Below the pieces are notes generated by a model. It had not been told where the DNA came from and ran no database searches. It saw nothing but the letters and a program-made list of their open reading frames with translations. DNA of 64,000 nt. It comes from Thermogladius sp. GTDB taxonomy: Archaea; Thermoproteota; Thermoprotei_A; Sulfolobales; Desulfurococcaceae. A program made the translations under genes and the position numbers. The stretch's first letter is position 1. Every line of letters starts with the position of its first letter. The stretch is from assembly GCA_022759365.1 (NCBI GenBank), contig JAEMPJ010000007.1, positions 9,372 through 73,371 on the forward strand. Direction: 5' to 3'. Below are positions 40,599 through 50,278 of this stretch, in pieces.

Positions 40599-41906
40599 AT
40601 GTCGCTGGACATTCTAAACCCGCCGAGAGGTATGAGGGATATAACCGGCGAGGAGGCTAGACTCTACTTCCACCTGTTTACGGTTTTCTCAGAGACAGCT
40701 TCGAAGAACGGCTTCGAGCCGATTATAACCCCCACTGTGGAGTACTACAAGTTGTTCGAGGCCAAAAGCGGCGAGGAAATCAAGAGGAGCATGTATGTAT
40801 TCGAGGATAAGGGAGGGAGGCTTCTAGCGTTAAGGCCCGAGGTTACTGCGAGTGTTATCAGGACTTATCTGAGAGAGATGAGGGGGAGGCCTAAGCCCAT
40901 CAGGTTATACTACATATCCCAGTGCTTTAGATACGAGGAGCCGCAGAAGGCGAGGTACAGGGAGTTCTGGCAGGGGGGTCTGGAGGTTATTGGAGATGAA
41001 ACCGTCAACGGCGATGTCTCGGCGGCCTACACTGCATCCGTCTTCCTCGACAACATAGGCGTCGAGCACACGTATATGGTGGGCAACGTTGCTATATACA
41101 GGGCTTTCATGAACATGCTCAAAATACCGCCTGAAGAACAAGACCACATACTCCACTTGATAGACAAAGAGATGGACGAGCAGCTGATGAAAGAGCTTCA
41201 AGACAAGTACGGGGAGAAGGCTAAGGAGATAATTCTCAAACTCATGAGGAGCAAGTTGGAGGAGGTTGTATCACTAGTAGAGGAGTTTAAGCAAGAGCTA
41301 GGAGGCGATCTAGATAGAGCGATGAACGAGACGAGGAGGCTAGAGGATTTTTCTAAGACGCTGACAGACCTAGGCTACAGAGTCGAGTTTAATCCTAGAC
41401 TCGTCAGAGGCCTAGCCTATTACACTGGTTTGATATGGGAGTACAAAGTAGCCCGGGGGCTGGAGGTGAGTATTGGGGGCGGCGGTAGATACGATGGTTT
41501 GACAAGCGTGTACAGCCACATCCACGAGTACTCGACGGGGCTGGCGCTAGGCTTAGATAGAATAGCCCTTGTATTATGGGATAAGAGGGATACCCTCCTG
41601 GCAAAGAAGGGCTACACCGGCGTAATACTGATTTTATCCGAGAAAATCCCCTTGAGCTTAGGCTACGCCCTGGCTAGGAGGTTGAGGAGTAGGTTTACCT
41701 CTATTTCAGTTCTCCTAGTAAAAAACATTGAGAAAGCTCTTAGACACGCTGACAGGAGCGGCGTCGATATAGCTGTGATAATAGGGGAGAGAGAGTTTAA
41801 AGAAGGGGTTGTCTCCGTGAGAGACCTGGTCAAGAAGGTGCAGGAGACAGTACCTCTATCGGGTGTGGAAGACTACTTTGACAGATATCTATCCCGGAAT
41901 CGTTGA
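40599..41906 (+). CDS. hisS: histidyl-tRNA synthetase
   Basis: PPRGMRD, LRPEVTA, FRYEEPQKARYREFWQ, VRGLAYYTG, GGGRYDGL. Confidence 0.96.
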   Translation: MSLDILNPPRGMRDITGEEARLYFHLFTVFSETASKNGFEPIITPTVEYYKLFEAKSGEEIKRSMYVFEDKGGRLLALRPEVTASVIRTYLREMRGRPKPIRLYYISQCFRYEEPQKARYREFWQGGLEVIGDETVNGDVSAAYTASVFLDNIGVEHTYMVGNVAIYRAFMNMLKIPPEEQDHILHLIDKEMDEQLMKELQDKYGEKAKEIILKLMRSKLEEVVSLVEEFKQELGGDLDRAMNETRRLEDFSKTLTDLGYRVEFNPRLVRGLAYYTGLIWEYKVARGLEVSIGGGGRYDGLTSVYSHIHEYSTGLALGLDRIALVLWDKRDTLLAKKGYTGVILILSEKIPLSLGYALARRLRSRFTSISVLLVKNIEKALRHADRSGVDIAVIIGEREFKEGVVSVRDLVKKVQETVPLSGVEDYFDRYLSRNR

Positions 41907-41969
41907 ATCTAGCTTTATTAGGTTCTATACATGAAATTCTAAAAGGCAGGCCTCAACCGGTGTTTCTCT

Positions 41970-43418
41970 ATGCCTAAGGTTCAAATTGAGAAGATAAGCA
42001 ACTACGAGTGGAGGATACCGAAGTCCTATAAACAATGCATGAGGACAGACTCTATAGTTTTCGCCGACGAATTCCTGCTTGAGAAGATGAGTGAGGATCT
42101 AACTCTAGAGCAGGCCGCCAACGTAGCCTGCCTGCCAGGCATAGTAGGCTATGCTTATGTGATGCCTGATGGGCACCAAGGATACGGTTTCCCGATAGGC
42201 GGGGTAGCAGGGTTTGACGTTGAGGAGGGCGTTATCAGCCCGGGCGGGATAGGCTATGATATAAACTGCGGTGTGAGAGTTCTCAGGACGAACTTGGATG
42301 AGGAGGATGTGAGAGGGAAGCTCAAAGAGCTAGTGGACTCTTTGTTCAGGAATATACCGAGCGGCGTCGGCTCCACTGGGAAGATCAAGGTGAGTGTGAA
42401 GGAACTCGATGAAGTATTAGATAGAGGTGTTGAATGGGCTATCGAGAAGGGGTTTGGATGGAAGGAGGACATGGAGTATATTGAGGAGCATGGTAGCTGG
42501 AGGGAGGCTGATTCAAGTAAGGTCAGTAATGTTGCGAAGCAGAGGGGGCACGAGCAGCTGGGTACGCTTGGAGCTGGAAACCACTTCCTGGAGATACAGG
42601 TCGTCGACCAGATCTACAACCCCGATATCGCTAAAGTATTAGGGTTCGACCACGTGGGTCAAGTAGCAGTCATGATCCATACTGGGAGCAGGGGTTTAGG
42701 GCACCAGGTTGCAAGCGACTACCTTATAGTCATGGAGAGAGCGATGAGGAAGTATGGGATATCGGTGCCTGACAGGGAGCTGGCTGCTGTCCCACTAAAG
42801 AGCAAGGAGGGGGACGACTACTTCCACGCAATGGCGGCCGCAGCCAACTTCGCGTGGACTAACAGGCAGTTGATCACTCATTGGACGAGGGAGAGCTTTA
42901 AGGAGGTCTTCAAGAAGGATCCCGAGGAGCTAGGGCTTGAGATAGTCTACGATGTAGCCCACAACATCGCGAAAATCGAGGAGCATGTGATCGAGAACAA
43001 GAGGTATAAGGTTATAGTCCACAGGAAAGGGGCTACGAGGGCTTTCCCGCCAGGCCACCCAGCTATACCGGCCAAGTACAGGGATATAGGACAACCCGTC
43101 CTAATACCCGGTAGCATGGGTACAGCAAGCTACATACTGGTCGGCGTCCCCGAAGGGTATAGGACATGGTATAGTGCGCCGCACGGCGCGGGTAGGTGGC
43201 TGAGTAGAGGTGAGGCTATCAGGTCGTATAGCCCGGACAAAGTCATAAGCGAGCTGGCGAAGAAGGGTATTGCCGTGAAAGCCGCTACCAGGCGTGTCGT
43301 AAGCGAGGAGGCCCCCGAAGCATACAAGGATGTAGACAGGGTTGTCCTCGTAGCACAGAAGGTTGGGATAGCGAACCCGGTGATCAGGCTTAGACCCATC
43401 GGGGTCGTCAAGGGCTAG
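41970..43418 (+). CDS. rtcB: tRNA-splicing ligase RtcB
   Basis: MPDGHQGYGFPIGG, GYDINCG, GNHFLE, HTGSRG, HRKGAT, HGAGR. Confidence 0.97.
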   Translation: MPKVQIEKISNYEWRIPKSYKQCMRTDSIVFADEFLLEKMSEDLTLEQAANVACLPGIVGYAYVMPDGHQGYGFPIGGVAGFDVEEGVISPGGIGYDINCGVRVLRTNLDEEDVRGKLKELVDSLFRNIPSGVGSTGKIKVSVKELDEVLDRGVEWAIEKGFGWKEDMEYIEEHGSWREADSSKVSNVAKQRGHEQLGTLGAGNHFLEIQVVDQIYNPDIAKVLGFDHVGQVAVMIHTGSRGLGHQVASDYLIVMERAMRKYGISVPDRELAAVPLKSKEGDDYFHAMAAAANFAWTNRQLITHWTRESFKEVFKKDPEELGLEIVYDVAHNIAKIEEHVIENKRYKVIVHRKGATRAFPPGHPAIPAKYRDIGQPVLIPGSMGTASYILVGVPEGYRTWYSAPHGAGRWLSRGEAIRSYSPDKVISELAKKGIAVKAATRRVVSEEAPEAYKDVDRVVLVAQKVGIANPVIRLRPIGVVKG

Positions 43419-44670
43419 GGAAGAGTATTATCGCTGATAAAGCCCCGATGCATATCAAACTTGTTTTCCAGCTTCTGAACAACCCTACCCCGGATATGTT
43501 GGCTGCGAGAAGATATGTGTTGAAGAACGCCGTGTAAGCTATAGCCTTAGCTTCCTGAATGCTCATCGCATACCCAGCCACAGCGGTCATCGGGTGAACC
43601 AGAAGGTAGGTTATAAACACGGTTGCAGGGAAGATAAACGAGTAGACCATGTAGGTGAGACCCTTCTTCCTCAACCCGACACGGGCCCCCGATACGAGTT
43701 CAACGAACTTTAGAACGTGGGATGACACCTTCTCGTGGTGGGAAGTGTATTTTAGAGGTGTGGTTAAATTGCGTAAAACCATGCGGGCTAGTGCGGGGAA
43801 CGCGTTGAGCAGGGAGCAGGGCTCGTGCCCTAGTAGCAGGGTCTTCTTGAAGAGCTTGAGGCTCTTGTCCTCGAATTCAACGTAGTGCAAGACCTGATCT
43901 AGGGTCACGCCATGTCTTGTCATAGAGAAAGCTTCCTCGAGGAAGCCGAGCACGTCTCTCTCGACTTCGACGAGCCTCCTAACCCTCGGCGTCAGCAAGA
44001 TCACGGTTGCAAGGACGAGTGTGAAGTGTAGTAGGAGTCCACCCTTGACGAGGATTACTACCAGCGTTGAACCCATCAAGGCTGCCGAAGCGAAGTGCTC
44101 CAGCCTAGATAGGGTTAAGGCGTTATCCGATATCTTCAACACGATGAGGTATGATAAGATTGCCACCATTACGACAGCCGTCGACAGAAACATGGTGCTC
44201 ACCCCTGGTAGTGGGACTACTGTGAGAGCTATCAGGCCGAAGACAGCTAGCATCAACCCCTCGTAGACCCCCTCCACTAGTTTAAGCATGTTCTCGAGCT
44301 TCATCCTAAGAGATAGGGAGGTTTTCTCGAGGTAGGACTCGACGAACCTCGCTGTCTCCCCGCTCGTTGTAGCCACCTCGCTATAACCCCTCAGGAAATC
44401 CGCGAGCCATGCCGAGCCGGTTGAGTCCGCCAGCTTCCTTAAAGCAGTGTAATCGTCTAGGGCAGTCCTCTCCAACGCCTTGTACTTTAAGGCGAGGGCC
44501 CTGATGTAGTCGCCTGCCTCAACCCTCCCCTCAGCAACCTCCTCCAGCAACCTGGGTAGTCTAAGCCCCCCGGTCTCGAACGCTAGTAGTAGTGTGAGGA
44601 AGTCCATTAGCTCTATCTCCGAGATACTTCTACCCGGCTTAGACAACGATTTTTTGGCCAGCCTCGGCAT
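43408..44670 (-). CDS. TadC/ArlJ-like type IV pilus membrane platform protein
   Basis: Multi-TM protein with two cytoplasmic T2SSF-like repeats, directly downstream of a VirB11-type ATPase. Confidence 0.75.
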   Translation of the reverse strand: MPRLAKKSLSKPGRSISEIELMDFLTLLLAFETGGLRLPRLLEEVAEGRVEAGDYIRALALKYKALERTALDDYTALRKLADSTGSAWLADFLRGYSEVATTSGETARFVESYLEKTSLSLRMKLENMLKLVEGVYEGLMLAVFGLIALTVVPLPGVSTMFLSTAVVMVAILSYLIVLKISDNALTLSRLEHFASAALMGSTLVVILVKGGLLLHFTLVLATVILLTPRVRRLVEVERDVLGFLEEAFSMTRHGVTLDQVLHYVEFEDKSLKLFKKTLLLGHEPCSLLNAFPALARMVLRNLTTPLKYTSHHEKVSSHVLKFVELVSGARVGLRKKGLTYMVYSFIFPATVFITYLLVHPMTAVAGYAMSIQEAKAIAYTAFFNTYLLAANISGVGLFRSWKTSLICIGALSAIILFPSP

Positions 44671-44674
44671 AACC

Positions 44675-46153
44675 CTAACTACCAGTAGGTAGCGCCCTGT
44701 TCTTGTAGAACCCGTTTATTTCCCTCATCAGATCCTTCTCGTCGAAGACGCCTCTTGCCACAAGTCTCTCAAGGAAGATGCTCCTCTCAGCTAGCTCTCT
44801 TTCAAGAGTCCTCGCCCCTAGTTTACTGGTGAGCCTAGCCGACCTTGAAGCAAGCTCGTCTATTTCCACTGGCTTGAAGACCCCGTTCTCGAAAAACGCG
44901 ACGTCGACTAGATCAACTTCCTCCGTCACCTCTGAGACCCTTACAACTTTTCTCCCATAGCTCGTCTGCCCCACTATGACAATAGACCATATATTCCCGA
45001 GCAGGTTTCTAGGTATTGATATAGGGTAGGCTGTAAGCCTCTTCAAAACCGAGTCCGGGCTGTCTCCGTGTATTGTGTTCAAAACCCCGTGGCCTAGGCG
45101 TGAGGCTTGAACCAGCACTCTTGCCTCAACGCCCCTGACCTCGCCGACCACGATGTAGTCGGGCCTCCTCCTCAGGCTTACTCTTAGAAGGTGGTACATG
45201 TCTATGCTCTGCCCCGAGTCGAGTGAGAGGATGCTCTCGACGAGAGGATCCCACTGATCGCTCGGTAGATATAATTCAGGCGTGTCCTCTATCGTGATCA
45301 CCCTCTTATTGAAAGGCACCAGGTTTAAGAGCCCTTGTAGGAGAGTAGTCTTCCCCGCTCCAACACCCCCCGCGATTATAATCCAGCCCTTCAACTCGAG
45401 GACGAGCCACAGGTATGCTGTGATCAGGCTGTTCAGTACACCGCTGTTTATAAGCTGGGTTATGGTCCACGGCTTCTCCGGCTTCTTCCGCACGACAATA
45501 CTACTACCCTTCCTGGAGACATTGTTGCCGAAGATGAGGCTGACCCTATACCCCTCTCTCGTCAAACCCTCGGCAATAGGCGACGCGATGCTCACGTGTT
45601 TCCTAATCTTCCTCGAGAAGCTGAGGACAAGCCTATCCACAAGGTTCTCTCCAACCATCATGTTTGTCTTAATCCAGCCCAGCTGGCTGAAAGCCCTGTG
45701 GATGACCCAAACCCTCTTGTCAGAGGAGTTTAGGGATATCTCCTCAACCAGCGGGTCTAGTAGAATAGGGTATAGGGGGCCGTAGCCAGTTGTGATCTTC
45801 ATGTAGTGGTAGTAGAGCCTCGGAGCAAGCCCGTTGGAGCCTCCACCACCTATCATGGATGAAATGCACTCGAGGCTCTCGCACTCAACCCCCATCCCTA
45901 GTATACGGCCGAGAACCTCCGCCTCCCCGGGGGCTAGGCCCGGCTCTTCGACTACATAGTATAGGCCGTCCTCGCCTTCGACGATCCTCACTTTAACTAT
46001 CCCGCCGACCAGGTACTCCTCTAGAACCCTGCTCGCCTTGATTTCCTGGAGGAAAGTGTTTTCCTGGTAATCGTGTACAAGCCTCGTGAAGAAGTCTTCA
46101 TGCCTAGGGTTTGAGGAAGAAAAAATCTTCTTCAAGCTTAAGGCTTTGAGCAT
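44675..46153 (-). CDS. type IV pilus assembly ATPase (VirB11/TadA/ArlI family)
   Basis: GGVGAGKTT, TIEDTPEL, LRRRPDYIVVGEVRG, GHGVLNTIHG. Confidence 0.92.
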   Translation of the reverse strand: MLKALSLKKIFSSSNPRHEDFFTRLVHDYQENTFLQEIKASRVLEEYLVGGIVKVRIVEGEDGLYYVVEEPGLAPGEAEVLGRILGMGVECESLECISSMIGGGGSNGLAPRLYYHYMKITTGYGPLYPILLDPLVEEISLNSSDKRVWVIHRAFSQLGWIKTNMMVGENLVDRLVLSFSRKIRKHVSIASPIAEGLTREGYRVSLIFGNNVSRKGSSIVVRKKPEKPWTITQLINSGVLNSLITAYLWLVLELKGWIIIAGGVGAGKTTLLQGLLNLVPFNKRVITIEDTPELYLPSDQWDPLVESILSLDSGQSIDMYHLLRVSLRRRPDYIVVGEVRGVEARVLVQASRLGHGVLNTIHGDSPDSVLKRLTAYPISIPRNLLGNIWSIVIVGQTSYGRKVVRVSEVTEEVDLVDVAFFENGVFKPVEIDELASRSARLTSKLGARTLERELAERSIFLERLVARGVFDEKDLMREINGFYKNRALPTGS

Positions 46154-46162
46154 TTAAAACAC

Positions 46163-46591
46163 CTACTGGTAGACAGGGGTCTTAACCAAGTCTGTTACGC
46201 CGCTTCCACTACTCGAAGTATAGCTTGCTGACACGTAGACTACTGTTGAACCCACTATAGCGCTGGTGATAGTGCTGTTAATGTTAATGTTGATCGTGGT
46301 GGTAGTGCCTGCGGGCACCTGAGCATTCACCCCGCTTATAGTGTAGCTACCGCTACTAGTGTAGACTGTGACGCTTGTGATGTTCACCGGGATATTGCCG
46401 AGGTTGCTTACCTCAAGCGATAGAGTGGACGTGCTGCCTGTGACGATTATTTTAGCCGAGACTATTTTCAAGTTAGCGTATTGCTGGGGTAGCGAGAGGT
46501 AGTTCATGACATAGTTGTATATCAACATTCCACCGGCGACAGTTATCATTAAGAGTATCGCGGCCGCCACCAGGCCGTCTATCCCCTTCAA
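46163..46591 (-). CDS. archaeal type IV pilin
   Basis: Class III signal peptide MKG/IDGLVAAAILLMITVAGG; NLG motif; Ser/Thr-rich domain with N-glycosylation sequons. Confidence 0.9.
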   Translation of the reverse strand: MKGIDGLVAAAILLMITVAGGMLIYNYVMNYLSLPQQYANLKIVSAKIIVTGSTSTLSLEVSNLGNIPVNITSVTVYTSSGSYTISGVNAQVPAGTTTTINININSTITSAIVGSTVVYVSASYTSSSGSGVTDLVKTPVYQ

Positions 46592-46664
46592 CCTGTACCA
46601 CCCGGGTAGAAGAGTTGGCTTTAAACGAGTTGTTTAAGATATGTTAAAATAGCCGGGTTACCCG

Positions 46665-46679
46665 GGGTTCAGTGAAAGT
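46665..46679 (-). promoter_or_regulatory. ANTTTC-N3-GAACCC element upstream of the pilin operon
   Basis: ACTTTCACTGAACCC, hexamer ending 83 nt before TTG 46591. Confidence 0.6.
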
Positions 46680-46744
46680 ATCCCTTGTAGTCCACTAGTT
46701 TAAAGGTCTCTAACAATGCATTAACGGAAAGGAAGTAAGGTGGA

Positions 46745-48340
46745 GTGGTTTTGTCGAGCGAGACCGCGGAGAAGTATAAGGCGATCAGCCCCGCGGAGTT
46801 CTTCTACAAGTACAAGGAGATCGCGGGCTTCGCCAACCCTGCTAGAGCCCTCTACCAGACTGTGAGAGAGCTTGTTGAAAACGCCTTGGACGCAACAGAC
46901 TCCCACGGGATACTACCCGATATAAAGATAGTGATCCAGAGGGCAGACCCTGTCCAAGAGTTCTATAGAGTGACTGTTGAAGACAACGGTATTGGCATAC
47001 CGCCCGACATAGTGCCCAATGCTTTTGGGAGAGTCCTCTTCAGCTCTAAATACGTCCTGAAGCAGACCCGGGGCATGTACGGCCTTGGCGTTAAAATGGC
47101 TGTGCTCTACGGGCAGATGACCACGGGAAGGCCCATCGAGGTTATAACGAGTAAAAGAGAGTACAGGAGGATATACTTCTTCAAGATCAGGATAGACATA
47201 AACAAAAACGAGCCCATCGTACTTGAGAGAGGTAGCTGGAGGAAGCAGAGGGACTGGCATGGAACTATAGTATCCTTGACGATTGAGGGGGACTGGGGTA
47301 AGGCTAAGGCGAGGATAAAAGAATATGTTAATAGGACAGCCATAGTCACGCCCTATGCTAACATAGTAATGTACACGCCCGACAACGAGGTGGTATTCTA
47401 CAAGAGGGTGATAGACGTCATGCCCCGCCCCCCACGCGAGGTCAAGCCCCACCCCTACGGCGTGGACTTAGAGATGTTGAAGATGATCATGGAGTCGAGT
47501 AAACAGCCCACGATACTTGAAGCCCTTGTCGAAAACTTCCAGAGTGTCGGGGAGGTGACGGCTAGAGACCTGCTGACACGGGCTGGAATAGACCCCTCGA
47601 TTAGCCCGAGCAGCTTGAAGGAGGACGACCTGCTTAAGTTGGTGAACGTCATGAAAACCTACAGCCAGTACAAGCCCCCGTCGAGCTCGGCTATCTCACC
47701 CCTAGGCACCGAGGTCATTAAAGCCGGTTTAAACAGGATGTTCGAGCCCGAGTTCGTTGAAGCAGTGACTAGGAGGCCCTCAACATATGAAGGACACCCA
47801 TTCATCGTCGAGGCCGGCATAGCTTACGGCGGTAAAGTACCGTTAAGCGAGCCGGATAAACCAACCACTCTGAGGTACGCTAATAAAATACCGTTGTTGT
47901 ACGATGAGGGAAGCGATGTTATAACAAGCGTGGTCAAAGAAGATATCGCGTGGGAGAACTACCTGGTCTCCTTCCCGGCCCCAATAGTACTGCTAGTGCA
48001 CGTATGTAGCACTAAGGTGCCGTTCAAAGGAGTGGGTAAGGAGAGCATCGCTGATGTCCCTGAGGTTAGGAGGGAGATAAAGCTCGCGATCTCAGAAGTG
48101 GCCAGGAGGCTCCGAGGGTATTTGACGGCTAAGCAGAAGGAGTTTGAGGCTCAACGGAAGGTCGTCCACTTAGCTAAATACATACCAGAGATAGCTAGGT
48201 CGATTGAAGTAATCTTCTCGGGAGACGGCCTCGATAGGGAGATCCTGGTGAAGAAGATAGTTGAAATAATATCCGCTAAAACAGGTATACCTGAGAGTAA
48301 GATCAACGAGGTATTAAAGAATGTTGAGATAGGGGCTTAG
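46745..48340 (+). CDS. top6B: DNA topoisomerase VI subunit B
   Basis: GHKL motifs ELVENALDA, EDNGIG and QTRGMYGLG; RYANKIPL; KESIA. Confidence 0.97.
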   Translation: MVLSSETAEKYKAISPAEFFYKYKEIAGFANPARALYQTVRELVENALDATDSHGILPDIKIVIQRADPVQEFYRVTVEDNGIGIPPDIVPNAFGRVLFSSKYVLKQTRGMYGLGVKMAVLYGQMTTGRPIEVITSKREYRRIYFFKIRIDINKNEPIVLERGSWRKQRDWHGTIVSLTIEGDWGKAKARIKEYVNRTAIVTPYANIVMYTPDNEVVFYKRVIDVMPRPPREVKPHPYGVDLEMLKMIMESSKQPTILEALVENFQSVGEVTARDLLTRAGIDPSISPSSLKEDDLLKLVNVMKTYSQYKPPSSSAISPLGTEVIKAGLNRMFEPEFVEAVTRRPSTYEGHPFIVEAGIAYGGKVPLSEPDKPTTLRYANKIPLLYDEGSDVITSVVKEDIAWENYLVSFPAPIVLLVHVCSTKVPFKGVGKESIADVPEVRREIKLAISEVARRLRGYLTAKQKEFEAQRKVVHLAKYIPEIARSIEVIFSGDGLDREILVKKIVEIISAKTGIPESKINEVLKNVEIGA

Positions 48341-48350
48341 AGGGTTCTAC

Positions 48351-49646
48351 ATGTCTAGTGTGGACGTTAAAGCTAGAAAAAACGCGATGCGCGTGCTAAA
48401 GGAGAGGTTTAAAACCATAATCGAGCAGATACAGAGAGGTGAAAAGCCTACCCTCATCATGCCGAAGAGAGTGTTGTCGAACACCATATACGACGAGAAG
48501 AGTAAAATGCTCCTTCTAGGACCCGATGTCCTGAAGAGATCGTTTATTGATGTCAACGAGGCTAGGAAGTTCATGCAGACCCTCCTGATGGCGTCGATAA
48601 TATATGAGGCTCTAGTCAACAACGAGTACCCTACTATCCGTGACCTCTTCTACAGGGGTAAACACAGCATAAGCTACAGGGATGTCGACGGGAAGTTAAT
48701 TCACGAGAACACGTGGGACGAGCAGAAGGAGTCTGATAGCGTGATAAGAGACCTAGAGGTCTTCATGAACGTCCTTAGAGAGGAAATGCTTATTCTCAGC
48801 AAGGAGAAGGGCAAGGTTGTCGGCAACCTGGTCATCAAGAGCGGGGATGATGTAATAGACTTGAGTAAAATGGGCCATGGAGCATACTCGATAGAGCCGA
48901 CACCAGACCTCCTCGAGTTCAGAGATGTGGACGCTGAATATGTTCTCGTCGTGGAGAAAGACGCTGTGTTCCAGCAATTACATAGGTACGGGTTCTGGCG
49001 TAAGTACAAGGCGATACTAGTCACCAGCGCCGGCCAGCCTGACAGGGCTACTAGGAGGTTTGTGAGGAGGCTTAACGAGGAGCTGAAGCTACCGGTCTAC
49101 GTGCTGACGGACAGCGACCCCTACGGGTTCTATATCTACAGCGTGTTTAAGATAGGCTCCATAACCCTGTCGTATGAGAGCGAGAGGCTTGCAACCCCTA
49201 ACGCGAGGTTTATAGGAGTATCCATGACGGATGTCTTCGGCGACGGGGTTTTCCAGAAGATCCTAAACAATGTTAGGGAGCTAGGTGGTTTCACCAAGAG
49301 CGCGTTAGGCAGGCTGAAGAAGAAGAAACCATACCTATCCGAGAGCGAGAGGAAGAACTATGTCATAAAAGCGAAGCAACGCGACATAGAGCGGGCTGTA
49401 GAGCTAGTTGGATACGATGTAGCGGAGAAGTGCATCGAGTCCTCTGAGGTGAGGAGTAAGCTTAAGAAGAAAGAGGGTTTAACAGGCTACCCGTGGTTTA
49501 GGACGCCGGAGTGGATTAGAGAGCTATGCATCTTCTTCAACACGCTGAACAAGCTCGAGATAGAGGCCATGGCTAGCAAGGGGCTTAAGTTCCTAGCTGA
49601 CACTTATATACCTGAGAAAATCGAGGGCAACGACTGGATAGACTAG
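48351..49646 (+). CDS. top6A: DNA topoisomerase VI subunit A
   Basis: TIRDLFYRGK, VVEKDAVF, GQPDRATR, DSDPYG. Confidence 0.97.
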   Translation: MSSVDVKARKNAMRVLKERFKTIIEQIQRGEKPTLIMPKRVLSNTIYDEKSKMLLLGPDVLKRSFIDVNEARKFMQTLLMASIIYEALVNNEYPTIRDLFYRGKHSISYRDVDGKLIHENTWDEQKESDSVIRDLEVFMNVLREEMLILSKEKGKVVGNLVIKSGDDVIDLSKMGHGAYSIEPTPDLLEFRDVDAEYVLVVEKDAVFQQLHRYGFWRKYKAILVTSAGQPDRATRRFVRRLNEELKLPVYVLTDSDPYGFYIYSVFKIGSITLSYESERLATPNARFIGVSMTDVFGDGVFQKILNNVRELGGFTKSALGRLKKKKPYLSESERKNYVIKAKQRDIERAVELVGYDVAEKCIESSEVRSKLKKKEGLTGYPWFRTPEWIRELCIFFNTLNKLEIEAMASKGLKFLADTYIPEKIEGNDWID

Positions 49647-49693
49647 CTTGGGAAGCGGTTTATGCTCGATGAAAACCGTGGGGCGTGACTGGC

Positions 49694-50164
49694 TCACCCA
49701 CCTGGCGTACCGTGCCAGGGGCTGTCTCTCCAGACAGCATCCCAGAGGGCTTCCTCGCTGAACTTCTCCTTAACAGCTATCTTCTCGTGCACGTCGACTA
49801 GTAGCGCGTGATGTCTCCTCTCATCGTCTAGTATAGCGGCTAGTATGAGCTTCGAATAGGGCTCCTTAGCGTCGTCGAGCAGGCGCTTCGCCTCCTCAAT
49901 CATCTTCGCCTCGGTTTCTATGTGCTTGATTATCCCCCTCCTAATGTACTCGGCCTCCTCCTCTGTCAGGAAGGGTAGACCTCCTCTAGCTATCTCAGCT
50001 AGGGCCTTATACATTAACGAGTGCTTGAGGGAGTCCTGGGCGATACCCTCTATTAAGGCTTTTAGAAGCGGGTGCCTGAACTTGCTTGTTATACTCTTCA
50101 ACTCTTCATAATACTCCTTCTCGAGCTTAGAATACTCCTCGAAGAATTTAACAAGGTCTTCCAA
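49694..50164 (-). CDS. ferritin-like (rubrerythrin-family) diiron protein
   Basis: E..., DSLKH, E..., DERRHH four-helix pattern; C-terminal WRDSPWHGTPGG. Confidence 0.8.
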   Translation of the reverse strand: MEDLVKFFEEYSKLEKEYYEELKSITSKFRHPLLKALIEGIAQDSLKHSLMYKALAEIARGGLPFLTEEEAEYIRRGIIKHIETEAKMIEEAKRLLDDAKEPYSKLILAAILDDERRHHALLVDVHEKIAVKEKFSEEALWDAVWRDSPWHGTPGG

Positions 50165-50174
50165 GAAATAACAC

Positions 50175-50189
50175 CGATAACAGTTATCG
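50175..50189. promoter_or_regulatory. perfect 7-1-7 palindrome (Fur/PerR-box-like operator)
   Basis: CGATAAC-A-GTTATCG between a minus-strand TTTTTAAC box (~50197-50204) and the ferritin-like start. Confidence 0.65.
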
Positions 50190-50225
50190 CTCCCACGTTA
50201 AAAAACATAATGGTGGCTGGCCAAA

Positions 50226-50240
50226 AGTTTCGGGGAACCC
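50226..50240 (+). promoter_or_regulatory. ANTTTC-N3-GAACCC element upstream of the PolB2 operon
   Basis: AGTTTCGGGGAACCC, hexamer ending 48 nt before TTG 50279. Confidence 0.65.
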
Positions 50241-50278
50241 TATCTCTCATTATAATAAGTGTTTTAACAGGGGTTGAA

